DNA of 64,000 bases from an uncultured bacterium (GTDB lineage: Bacteria; Babelota; Babeliae; Babelales; Babelaceae), in assembly GCA_963717435.1 (NCBI GenBank), contig OY970332.1:832001-896000 (forward strand), given 5' to 3'. How positions within the stretch are numbered: position 1 is the first letter of the stretch; each line of letters begins with the position of its first letter. Below are positions 51,447 through 60,415 of this stretch, piece by piece. The position numbers and the translations under genes were made by a program. The notes under the pieces are model-generated. The model worked only from the letters and a program-made list of their open reading frames with translations, ran no database searches and was not told the DNA's origin.

Positions 51447-52169
51447 TTAACCAAAGATCACAAGTTTTAGCCCAATAACAAACAACGATATTGTAACAAT
51501 ATTTCTAAATGTCTTTTCGGAAATATACAATACAGTTTTTTGTGCTATCCAGACACCAAAAAAAGAAACAGGGATGCAAATTATTAATGTTTGCCACAGG
51601 CTCTCCGGAAAAGTTTTGGCAGTCGGTGAATATACAATAAGTCTGGCTGTGTCTGTTATGATCGCAATAAATGCAAGCGTGCTAATAAAAGCAGTTTTTG
51701 AAAGATCAAATACCGATAAGAATGCTGCACGCAGTGCTCCGCCTATGCCTGTAAGACCCGCAAAAAAGCCTGATACTGAACCGCCAAAAAGCGCGGTGCG
51801 TTCTTTCTTTTTGAATTTCCAATGGATTTGTTTGTAGCTTGTAATAATTAGTGTGCATAAAAATAGGCCAATAATTCTTTTTAAAATATCTTGGTCTATA
51901 GATAAACTTAAATATGCTCCAAATACGCTTGCAATAATCGATGGCACGCCAAAGTTCATAACAAGATAGTAATCTATATCTTTATGGAAAAATAATATTT
52001 TCCAGCTGGATTCAAAAAAATGAACAACTCCGACAAACAATAATGCTTTTTCTACATCCATAAGCATCAAAACGATTGGTAGCATAATTGTTGAGACCCC
52101 AAAGCCGCTGAGCGCGCCGATAAAACTTGCAAGTAGAGTGACTCCAATAACTAAAGATTGTAGTAACAT
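51447..52169 (-). CDS. TauE/SafE (TSUP) family transporter
   Basis: GALSGFG, GFFAGLTGIGG, about 8 TMs. Confidence 0.88.
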   Translation of the reverse strand: MLLQSLVIGVTLLASFIGALSGFGVSTIMLPIVLMLMDVEKALLFVGVVHFFESSWKILFFHKDIDYYLVMNFGVPSIIASVFGAYLSLSIDQDILKRIIGLFLCTLIITSYKQIHWKFKKKERTALFGGSVSGFFAGLTGIGGALRAAFLSVFDLSKTAFISTLAFIAIITDTARLIVYSPTAKTFPESLWQTLIICIPVSFFGVWIAQKTVLYISEKTFRNIVTISLFVIGLKLVIFG

Positions 52170-52230
52170 TATTCTCCCTTTTTTATAGAGTTTTTTGATA
52201 TTTTGGTCATCTTATGTTTTCATATATAAC

Positions 52231-53346
52231 ATGAAGTACATGTTAGATCGAAGATATATCAAATTTTTTGACTTTGTAAGTTTTTTTCTCATACTAGGTC
52301 TTGCGTTTATGGGGTTGCTTTTTGTTTTTAGCGCCACATATAAACCTGACGCGCCATACTCTGTTTTTTTTAAAAAGCAGTTATTTGGCGTATGCTCGGG
52401 ATTATTAATATATTTTGTTTTTTGTTTTTCTGATTATAGAACTCTACAGCGACGTGCTTATTATTTGTATTTTATAACTATTTTTCTTTTGATATTCACA
52501 TATTTAAAGGGTAGCGTTGCTCTTGGCGGCCAACGTTGGATAAATTTAGGCTTTGTTAAATTTCAGCCAGCGGATCTTGCAAAACTTTTTTTCCCCGGAT
52601 TTTTTACTTATTATTTATTTACTGAAAAAGATGCGCCAACTTATGAATTCAAAGATTTTGTGCCCATATTAACAATATTAACAGTTAGTGCGCTCTTAAT
52701 TTTGAAGCAACCGGATCTTGGCACCGCTTTAATTATTCTTTTTTCAAGCGCTGTTTTGTTATGGCTCGCGGGAATAGGGCGGAAATTTTTTACTTACAGT
52801 TTTTTGATTTTTTTAGTTGTCGCACCAATACTTTGGAAAGCTTTAAAGCCATATCAAAAGCAACGAATTTCAGTTTTCTTGGGGCAAGGTGATAGTCGTA
52901 AAGAACGGTATCAAATTGAGCAGTCACAAATTGCGATCGGTTCTGGAGGCCTGCTTGGCAAAGGCTTTTTACATGGCACACAAAATAAATTTATGTTTTT
53001 GCCGGAAAGTAGAACAGATTTTATTTTTTCAGTATTTTGCGAAGAGATGGGCTTTTTGGGGGCAATTATTCTTTTGAGTTTATATTTTATTTTATTTTTA
53101 AGAATTTTTTACATAATCTCGACAATAAAAAACTTTTACGCACAACTTCTTGGCGTCGGACTCGTTATACATATAGTAATTTCGACAATAATAAATATCG
53201 GCATGGTAATTGGTCTATTGCCGATTGTTGGTATTCCGCTGCCATTTATGACTTATGGCATAACTTATTTATGGATCACGTTTGCTAGTCTTGGTTGGTA
53301 TAATGGAATTGCCATGCGAAGATTTTACATCGGCGCACGGCAATAA
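52231..53346 (+). CDS. rodA: Rod shape-determining protein RodA (SEDS)
   Basis: GGQRWI..FQPADLAK, QPDLGT, QSQIAIGSGG, FLPESRTDFIF, GIPLPFMTYG. Confidence 0.9.
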   Translation: MKYMLDRRYIKFFDFVSFFLILGLAFMGLLFVFSATYKPDAPYSVFFKKQLFGVCSGLLIYFVFCFSDYRTLQRRAYYLYFITIFLLIFTYLKGSVALGGQRWINLGFVKFQPADLAKLFFPGFFTYYLFTEKDAPTYEFKDFVPILTILTVSALLILKQPDLGTALIILFSSAVLLWLAGIGRKFFTYSFLIFLVVAPILWKALKPYQKQRISVFLGQGDSRKERYQIEQSQIAIGSGGLLGKGFLHGTQNKFMFLPESRTDFIFSVFCEEMGFLGAIILLSLYFILFLRIFYIISTIKNFYAQLLGVGLVIHIVISTIINIGMVIGLLPIVGIPLPFMTYGITYLWITFASLGWYNGIAMRRFYIGARQ

Positions 53347-53383
53347 AATAAGTTACCCAATTATCAAAATTTTATTATTTAGA

Positions 53384-54208
53384 TTATTTGCTTCGTCTAA
53401 TCTTATTTTCCATTTCCGATACCAAATTTTTGGCAGATTTCAGGTCGCCCTCTTTTTTGTACCAATTAAAAAGTTCGGCATCTCTTTGTATTGAAATTGT
53501 TTCATCAGGAAATCTTTTCTTTATATCATTAAAAGCCGCTGTGAATCTTAACTCAAGTTCGGCCATATAGCCTGCAATTAATTGAGCAGTTTTGTAACTC
53601 TTCTTTGGTGTCCCCAACTCTTCAAATTCAGACTCGAAGGCCTCTGTGTTTTCGCTACCTTGCTGTAATTTGCCCAGTCTTGAAACGGCATTGTTGTATT
53701 TTATTTTGTATTTAAAACCTGAGACCCAAGCAGATTCATCTTTTGAAATTTCAACAGTTACAATAAGATCTGTTAGAGGTGTCAATTTTTTTTCTTTACG
53801 TAGATTTTCAGCGTTTTCAAGTTCAGAACCTATTTCGCTAATGTCAGTTGTTTTATAACCAGAAAGACCCTTTGCATATCCTACTGTCAAATCGCCCGGT
53901 TCCAAGTTGTAGGGTAAAGTTTGTCCATGTTTATACTGACCTTCGCCTCCCCTTATGAATAATCCCATCTGAATCCACACAGCTTGTTGTGGAATTAGCT
54001 GGTAAGTTCTCTTTGTTTCTTTTCTTCTATTATTGAAATAGATATTTATTGTAGAACCAGAAAAATTATGGAATTTAACGTAAGGGTAAGTGTATTCTTG
54101 GTCCGAGTATTGTTCCATTGCAGAAATACTTTTAACACCCAACGCAAATATACTAGCTATTAGTATTAGTATTTGAAAAAATCTTGAATTTTTAGAATTA
54201 AACTTCAT
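53384..54208 (-). CDS. Secreted hypothetical protein
   Basis: GGAG RBS, signal peptide ending ISA/MEQ. Confidence 0.75.
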   Translation of the reverse strand: MKFNSKNSRFFQILILIASIFALGVKSISAMEQYSDQEYTYPYVKFHNFSGSTINIYFNNRRKETKRTYQLIPQQAVWIQMGLFIRGGEGQYKHGQTLPYNLEPGDLTVGYAKGLSGYKTTDISEIGSELENAENLRKEKKLTPLTDLIVTVEISKDESAWVSGFKYKIKYNNAVSRLGKLQQGSENTEAFESEFEELGTPKKSYKTAQLIAGYMAELELRFTAAFNDIKKRFPDETISIQRDAELFNWYKKEGDLKSAKNLVSEMENKIRRSK

Positions 54209-54373
54209 TTTTTCTCCATTTTTTAAAAAAACTTTATAAAGTAACACATTTTTGCGAGTAATATGGTAATAATATATTACACCATAATTTAAGCCTACCA
54301 AATCTGTATTCTATTTGTAAATAATATTGAAGGGTAATTTTGCCGGCGCTTTTGGGTATCGCGCCAATATGGG

Positions 54374-55543
54374 CTATATTAAATTACACGCTTGATCTGG
54401 GGGCGTTAAAATAGAATCAAGTTCTTTATCAGATAGGGCATAAAGTGGTTTATGTGATTCCATATATTCTTCTAGTGTTAAGCTCGCCTCAGCTGGGCTT
54501 AATTTTTGCTGATATCTCTTAGTCAAATTGGCACCAAGTGACATCAGGCAGTTGTAAATTGAGTGGGCATGAATAAAGCCTGTTATTGTTACAATTTTTG
54601 CAGCATCTTTATGCTCTATTATGTTTTCTAAAATATTTAACTCTACAAGTGGGTTTACGGTTAACATGATTTGTGAGACTAGAGACTCTCTTCTGTTATT
54701 TGTGTCCGCAAGATTATTTTTATCCAGCTCATAAAGCTTTTTTGAAAACTCCAGAATAGATATATTATCTACTGTTTCCAGGTTTTTTGTTTCTTCTTTA
54801 AATTGTATAAGTTTCGCTTCAAGTAAATAATTACTGAGAAGCTCTCTAAGATTTTTTTCTGATTCAGAGGATCTTTTTAGTAGAATCGCAAATTGTGCAA
54901 CTAAATTTGAGTGAAATTGTTTATCAGTGTTGCTATAAGTGGTCTCGAACTTTCCGAACCGTTCTTTAAGATAGTTTATTTCCTGAAATAGATCTTTTAG
55001 CTTTAAATTTTTAGCCACAATAGAGCTTTTTTCTGAAGCAAATCTATATTCTGGCGGGATATTATTAGGGTCAATTTTAGGGCTAAGCAAGCAATTAGCG
55101 GCTGTGCTTGCCAATCTCGGGTTTATATTCTTAATTTTGATAATATTAGAATTTTTGAATTGGTCCTGGTCACAGATATCTTTTGTTATTTCTATGTTTA
55201 AGTTCTGATTTGTACTATTACTATTATTGCTGTTTAATTTTATTGGGACCTCAACCAAAACTAGCACTTTAAAGTTTGATAGATCTGAGATGTCCATGCT
55301 TTGTTTGTATTGAGAAACTAGGCTTTCAATTTGTTTTAAATTACTAAATAATTTTTTGGCCTGTCTTTCATGATCTGGATGGTTAAGCTCGTGAAATTCA
55401 TAAAACAGGTAGGTTTTTGGTTTAATTTGAGGCAATAGTTTGAAAACATCAAGTTGAAATAAAACGCAGCAAGAGTTTGGGACCATTAAATAGGCGGGTA
55501 GTAATAGTAGCGATAAATAAAACAGAAAGCGTGCGAGGCTCAT
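54374..55543 (-). CDS. Secreted hypothetical protein, possible TraB/Tiki/EreA-ChaN-like fold
   Basis: Signal peptide; TYLFYEFH, VLVE, IVTITGFIH; fold call speculative. Confidence 0.7.
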   Translation of the reverse strand: MSLARFLFYLSLLLLPAYLMVPNSCCVLFQLDVFKLLPQIKPKTYLFYEFHELNHPDHERQAKKLFSNLKQIESLVSQYKQSMDISDLSNFKVLVLVEVPIKLNSNNSNSTNQNLNIEITKDICDQDQFKNSNIIKIKNINPRLASTAANCLLSPKIDPNNIPPEYRFASEKSSIVAKNLKLKDLFQEINYLKERFGKFETTYSNTDKQFHSNLVAQFAILLKRSSESEKNLRELLSNYLLEAKLIQFKEETKNLETVDNISILEFSKKLYELDKNNLADTNNRRESLVSQIMLTVNPLVELNILENIIEHKDAAKIVTITGFIHAHSIYNCLMSLGANLTKRYQQKLSPAEASLTLEEYMESHKPLYALSDKELDSILTPPDQACNLI

Positions 55544-55775
55544 GAATTTTGACCCAAATTTTAAAGCAAATTAAATACAATTAATATAATATTTATTAGC
55601 TTAACTGAATTTGGGCGCTAGACAAGAATTTTTAAATATTTAATTTAAATACAAAAAATCAACATTCCCCATAAACTTTAATCAATTAAGATCATAGTAA
55701 TATGAGAAATGTTGATAATTTATCTAAAAAGTAAATCTATTAAATTTACTCTAAAGTAATTTTGATCAGTTGAGA

Positions 55776-56024
55776 TTACTCAGCTTGATTTAAATTGTCA
55801 TTATTAAATCTAGCAGTTGTACCAACTGGGCAAGTATATGTATGCTCGTGCACGCAATTTTTACATGCAGGCTCATAAGCTTCTACAAGCTTAACGCATT
55901 GAGGAACTTGTGATTCTTGACAAGCTGAACATGAGCTCTTAGCTGCTTTTTCTCTATAAGCATCAACTGAACTTACAGCGAAAGCTGAAACAGCCAAAAT
56001 AGCTGATAATAGTAACTTCTTCAT
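55776..56024 (-). CDS. Small secreted cysteine-rich protein
   Basis: AAGGAG RBS, signal peptide ending VDA, six Cys including two CxxC. Confidence 0.8.
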   Translation of the reverse strand: MKKLLLSAILAVSAFAVSSVDAYREKAAKSSCSACQESQVPQCVKLVEAYEPACKNCVHEHTYTCPVGTTARFNNDNLNQAE

Positions 56025-56185
56025 AAAAACTCCTTTTTATTAATAAAACTAAAACTTAACACTTGAACCATATGCATATGTTTCAACTCTAAACTTAGCA
56101 AAGTGTAATGACAAATTGCAATAATTTACATAAAAATATTAAATAGCTGGGTTTTTTAAGAGGTGTGAAATAATTTTTTAAATAG

Positions 56186-56214
56186 TAAGGGCCAGGTTTG
56201 GAGCCTGGCCCTTA
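56186..56214. terminator. Intrinsic terminator after HAD gene
   Basis: TAAGGGCCAGG-tttggag-CCTGGCCCTTA. Confidence 0.7.
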
Positions 56215-56266
56215 AGTGTTAGTTTATTTATTAATACTTACACGCAAAACTTTAATTTTGCAGGTA

Positions 56267-57301
56267 TTAAGCAGTTTTTCTATTATCAGTTTTTATAACT
56301 ATACCCTGATTTTCAAGTTCTGCTACCAAGTTTTGATGGTTTGTTTTATCAAACAATATACCTGATATTTTCATTTTCTTAGCAGCTTCTATATTTTCAG
56401 GTTGGTCATCGACAAACTTAATTTCATTATTCAAATTATATTTATCCACCAAATTTCTATCATGAAGCTGGTTAATAACATATTCAAATATGTTTGTATG
56501 GGGCTTTATACACCCGATTTTACCTGAAATTATAATATTCTCAGGTTTAAAATGCTTAAACAACTTTTGACCATTCTTTGAGTTATAGAAAACTTCAAAC
56601 GACTCTTTATCCCAGTTTGATAAAATAACCAACTCATATAACGGGTTACCGTTTTCGTCAGTAGCCGCCTTAAGCTGCTTAATCAACTTAAGAGACTTTT
56701 TAATCGGCTTTGTAACATTAGCAAGCTTTTCAGGGTCAAACATAAGATTTAACGAGTTTTTTACAATCTTCTTCTCTGTCTTATTTTTAAAGTAACCTGT
56801 TTTATCAAGCTCTTCTATCAAAGTATCAATTTTGCTTAAAACTTCTTTACTTGAAATTTTACCGGCGAACCAATGACATACTATCCCAGGGACAATATTA
56901 TCACCTGATTTAGCCTGCAACTCACCCTCTATTTTCTCTTGGGCACCCAACTTATAAAGAACATCAAACAATGTATCTTTAAGGGTATCTTTATCTTTAT
57001 AGAACATTATGTCCAAGAAACCAATCTCTGAAGCTATCTTCATATGGTCCTGTTCCAATAATGTCTCACCCAAGTCGAATATAATAGTAGTAGTTTTAGT
57101 TAAGTCTTGAGTTTCTTGGCTATTTTTACTGTTTACTGGGTCAAATTTAGACTCAGTTAGATTTTCCTGGTTTAATTTATTAACAACGCTATTCTGGGTT
57201 TTAGGCTGCTTTAAAAGCAAATTTGACCCGAAATAACCCAATACTGTTAATAACGCTAATACTGAAGGTAATAATACTGATTTGTTTAGTAACTTCTTCA
57301 T
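56267..57301 (-). CDS. HAD-superfamily hydrolase with N-terminal membrane anchor
   Basis: IIFDLGETL, ILSN, IKP, FVDDQPENIEAA. Confidence 0.85.
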   Translation of the reverse strand: MKKLLNKSVLLPSVLALLTVLGYFGSNLLLKQPKTQNSVVNKLNQENLTESKFDPVNSKNSQETQDLTKTTTIIFDLGETLLEQDHMKIASEIGFLDIMFYKDKDTLKDTLFDVLYKLGAQEKIEGELQAKSGDNIVPGIVCHWFAGKISSKEVLSKIDTLIEELDKTGYFKNKTEKKIVKNSLNLMFDPEKLANVTKPIKKSLKLIKQLKAATDENGNPLYELVILSNWDKESFEVFYNSKNGQKLFKHFKPENIIISGKIGCIKPHTNIFEYVINQLHDRNLVDKYNLNNEIKFVDDQPENIEAAKKMKISGILFDKTNHQNLVAELENQGIVIKTDNRKTA

Positions 57302-57587
57302 AAACACTCCATTTCTTAAAGGTTATTGAAAGTTAACCTGTTTTCTCTGTTTATAGCTAATTTATACCTGTTTTACTCTGTTGCTCTTTGGGTAAAGTAG
57401 ATATAAATATGTATATACTATATAATTTACAGATATGCATAAAAATGGCAAAAGCCCCCCCCTCTGCCAGGTTGGCACAGGTTATCAAGCCTACTATTTT
57501 TTGGATGGGAGAACGGGTGAATTTACAGGTTTGCGAACCTGTAAAGCAAAATAGTTAAAGTTTTAGATTAAGTTTAATTAAGAATAT

Positions 57588-57989
57588 ATGAACAAGCCTG
57601 AAAATAACCAGCTTTACCAAGCTGAGCTTATGGACCACTATAAAAATCCGCGAAATAGGGGAAAATTAGATACCCCCAGCTTCGAGTCTGGCGTTTTTAA
57701 CCCTTCTTGTGGGGACAGGGTAGGCTTTGATGGTATAATCAAAGACAATAAACTTGTCGAAATAGCTTTTCAGGGAGAAGGCTGCGTAATTAGTCAGGCA
57801 ACAGCCTCTATGCTAACTGAATATGTAAAAAACAGAGATATATCAGGTATAGAAAAACTCAATTCCCAGGATATACTAAGTCTTGTTAAAATAGATCTAG
57901 GTCCTGCCAGGCTGCGTTGCGCCCTAATATCTTTGGAAGCTTTGCAGCATGGTATAAAGATCTGGCATCAAAAACAAGAAAAAAAATAG
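57588..57989 (+). CDS. IscU/SufU-type Fe-S scaffold protein
   Basis: DHYKNPRNRG, NPSCGD, GCVISQATAS, RLRCA. Confidence 0.92.
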   Translation: MNKPENNQLYQAELMDHYKNPRNRGKLDTPSFESGVFNPSCGDRVGFDGIIKDNKLVEIAFQGEGCVISQATASMLTEYVKNRDISGIEKLNSQDILSLVKIDLGPARLRCALISLEALQHGIKIWHQKQEKK

Positions 57990-58027
57990 TTAAATAACTA
58001 ATCGAAAAATATTTTGGGGTATTAGAA

Positions 58028-59122
58028 ATGCTTAAAAAAGACAAAGTATTAAAAGATATAAGTAGTTTGGCCCCTAATATATTTTCAGCCAAATCTAAAG
58101 AGCTAGAGATCTTAGCGAGTTTGTGGCAAGAAATAGCTTACGAACTTGGGTTAGGTGTCCAGGTTCCCGTCCCATCAAATAATATTCAAAGCTATTTTGT
58201 TTGTTCTATCGACGGCTCACAAATCTATCCCGATAGGCACCAGGGGATCCCATGTTATTTATTAAACACTGGCATAGTCCAGTTTTTTTATGGAAAAAAC
58301 AACGCTGTGCCCGACCCATCGATACTAAATTCCTCCGGAATTTCACTCGGGGCGAGCGGGTCTAGCTGGGTAAAACTAGATTCTGAGCCCCAGGTTTATT
58401 TTGCTGATAATATAGAGTCGCTTGATGCAGATATGATAAATTGCAAAAGAAGTGAGCTGGAGCTGAAAAAGGGGCTAGATATAATGGCTGATTTGGGGGG
58501 CACCCCTGCTCTGTTTCTCATAGATGGCTCGATAATATTCTGGCACCTGCAGTCCAAGCCAGAAGACGTAAAGACCCAGTTCTTGGGCAGTTATTTGGGA
58601 ATTTTAGATAAATTTTACAGAAATAATACGCTTTTTGCTGGTTATATTAGCCTGCCTAAAAGCAAAGAACTTGTGAGTATGGCAAGAGTTGCGCTAAAAA
58701 AACGGGGCCTAGAACAAAATTTAGATTACATAGTGGACTCTGATATTATAAGCATGTTCTTAAAAACCAATTCTCGAACAGAGTTGTTTTTTAGTGACTC
58801 ACCAGTCTGTAAATATTATCCAGTTTATTTAAAGCCCAATTTTTTTTACATAGATTTGGGACAAGAGATCGCCCGCATAGAAGTCCCCAATTATATTGCT
58901 CAGGATCAAGATAAGCTTAAAAAAGTGATAGATATAATCACTGACCAGGTTGCTAAAGGCAAGGGATTCCCAGTTTGCCTATCTGAGGCGCATGAACAGG
59001 CGGTTGTGAAATCCGCCGATCGAGAATTCTTTTATAATATGCTGAGCAGAATTACGCAGGAACATGGGCAAGTTTATACAGTTTCTCAAAAAAGCTTAAA
59101 AAAGAGATTTGTTAATATTTAA
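58028..59122 (+). CDS. nurA: NurA family nuclease with in-frame palindromic insertion
   Basis: IDGSQ, LIDGSI, GYISLPKS, RIEVP, GFPVCLSEAHEQAVV. Confidence 0.88.
   Translation: MLKKDKVLKDISSLAPNIFSAKSKELEILASLWQEIAYELGLGVQVPVPSNNIQSYFVCSIDGSQIYPDRHQGIPCYLLNTGIVQFFYGKNNAVPDPSILNSSGISLGASGSSWVKLDSEPQVYFADNIESLDADMINCKRSELELKKGLDIMADLGGTPALFLIDGSIIFWHLQSKPEDVKTQFLGSYLGILDKFYRNNTLFAGYISLPKSKELVSMARVALKKRGLEQNLDYIVDSDIISMFLKTNSRTELFFSDSPVCKYYPVYLKPNFFYIDLGQEIARIEVPNYIAQDQDKLKKVIDIITDQVAKGKGFPVCLSEAHEQAVVKSADREFFYNMLSRITQEHGQVYTVSQKSLKKRFVNI
58310..58360 (+). repeat. Palindromic element A (51 bp), in-frame in nurA
   Basis: CCCGACCCATCGATACTAAATTCCTCCGGAATTTCACTCGGGGCGAGCGGG; 31 bp identical to the DUF2207 copy. 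Confidence 0.92.
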
Positions 59123-59263
59123 GTTGGCCCGCTCGTAATTTAACCAGTAAATGTCGAGGCTTTTTACATTTAGGCCATTAATTGTTAAAATTAGCAACAA
59201 TAGGTTAAAAATAGGGTTAGATCCCTGTATTCAATAATAAAAAACAATTTTGAGGAAAACAAA

Positions 59264-60196
59264 ATGTTCAAAACTTTTAAAGCCATTTTGGTAAGCTTAT
59301 TCTTAACTGCTTTGCCCATATCTGCCAATATTTCAATTTCAGGCGGTTCGTCTATGGAAGTAGGTTATTACCAACTTGATGGAACCGTAAAATTGGGTGA
59401 TTTTTGTCGTTTAAAAGCAAAAAAGCTTGCAGGTAAGGGGCTAATTGAAATTGGAAAAAATGTAGACTTTGTTTGCGATGATTTTCAATTTGATGGCACC
59501 ATTAGTTGTGATCACGAGTGTATAATACGAACAAAAAAAGCATTTGATTATTCTAGATTTACAAGAAAAGGCACAGGTGCGTTTACTGTTATCATAACCC
59601 CATACGAATTTGAATCTTTTACAGAGTCTGAGCTATGTGATTCTGCAAAAAGAGTTCTTTTACATGACATTTTTGGAAGCTCTGACGAAATTATAGCTAA
59701 ACAAATTCAAAGTGTAAGGGTATATGCAGCCTTAAATAGTATTAATGAAAATAATGTTTTGGCTTCTGTATTGTCCTATATTGATGAACAAATAGATTTT
59801 CATAAAAAATATGAAACTGAAAATAAAGCTCATATTAACGAAAAATATAAATTTTCTGATATAAAGGAATCTTTAGCCATATGTAGCGCATTTTCATTAT
59901 CAAGTTTAGGGCTTTCTTATCTTGTGTATAAATATAGATCCACTATTATGAACAAATTCTCTTCGATAGAGGGTCGACATATCTTCGGCGGTGTGGCTTT
60001 CGGATTGCTTTTATCAGCAATAGGGGCTTTGGGCGCTTCCGCTGAACATTCACTTGTTGGCCAAGAAACAAAAGCTTCGATTTTATATGCTATGAATCAA
60101 AAAAAACTTGATAAGCTTGTCGAACTTAAAAATAAAATTAATAAGTTTTTTGCTGTTCCATTTATTTTGGAAAAAGAGCAAGTGGTTAAATTATAA
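59264..60196 (+). CDS. Secreted protein sharing N-terminal domain and TM hairpin with 12942..14420
   Basis: Signal peptide; FQFDGTISCDHECIIRT..FTRKGTGAF; two C-terminal hydrophobic helices. Confidence 0.8.
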   Translation: MFKTFKAILVSLFLTALPISANISISGGSSMEVGYYQLDGTVKLGDFCRLKAKKLAGKGLIEIGKNVDFVCDDFQFDGTISCDHECIIRTKKAFDYSRFTRKGTGAFTVIITPYEFESFTESELCDSAKRVLLHDIFGSSDEIIAKQIQSVRVYAALNSINENNVLASVLSYIDEQIDFHKKYETENKAHINEKYKFSDIKESLAICSAFSLSSLGLSYLVYKYRSTIMNKFSSIEGRHIFGGVAFGLLLSAIGALGASAEHSLVGQETKASILYAMNQKKLDKLVELKNKINKFFAVPFILEKEQVVKL

Positions 60197-60243
60197 TAAT
60201 ATCTTCTAAAAACAGCTTAATTTTTTAAAACTTTAGATAAGAA

Positions 60244-60274
60244 AAAATAGCCCGGTTTTTAATCGGGCTATTTT
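60244..60274. terminator. Bidirectional intrinsic terminator
   Basis: AAAATAGCCCG-gtttttaat-CGGGCTATTTT between convergent genes. Confidence 0.8.
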
Positions 60275-60311
60275 AATGTCAAAAATATTTTAATGTAACC
60301 AACTTGCTTAA

Positions 60312-60380
60312 CACACCCGACCCTTCGATACATTCTTCTTCGCCAAGGCTTCGAAGAACACTCAGGGCGAGCGGGGTGTG
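60312..60380 (+). repeat. Palindromic element A, intergenic
   Basis: CACACCCGACCCTTCGATAC...CACTCAGGGCGAGCGGGGTGTG. Confidence 0.92.
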
Positions 60381-60415
60381 ATCGAATAACATAATTGAGT
60401 TATAACTATTTAAAT

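Noticed and set aside
56011-57310. 22/23 nt match around the starts of two neighbouring genes (GGAG..ATGAAGAAGTTACT)
   Set aside because: Explainable by a shared RBS plus MKKLL signal start; no similarity beyond it
32282-60380. Dispersed palindromic repeats as a CRISPR array
   Set aside because: Copies are kilobases apart, not separated by regular spacers, and no cas genes are present
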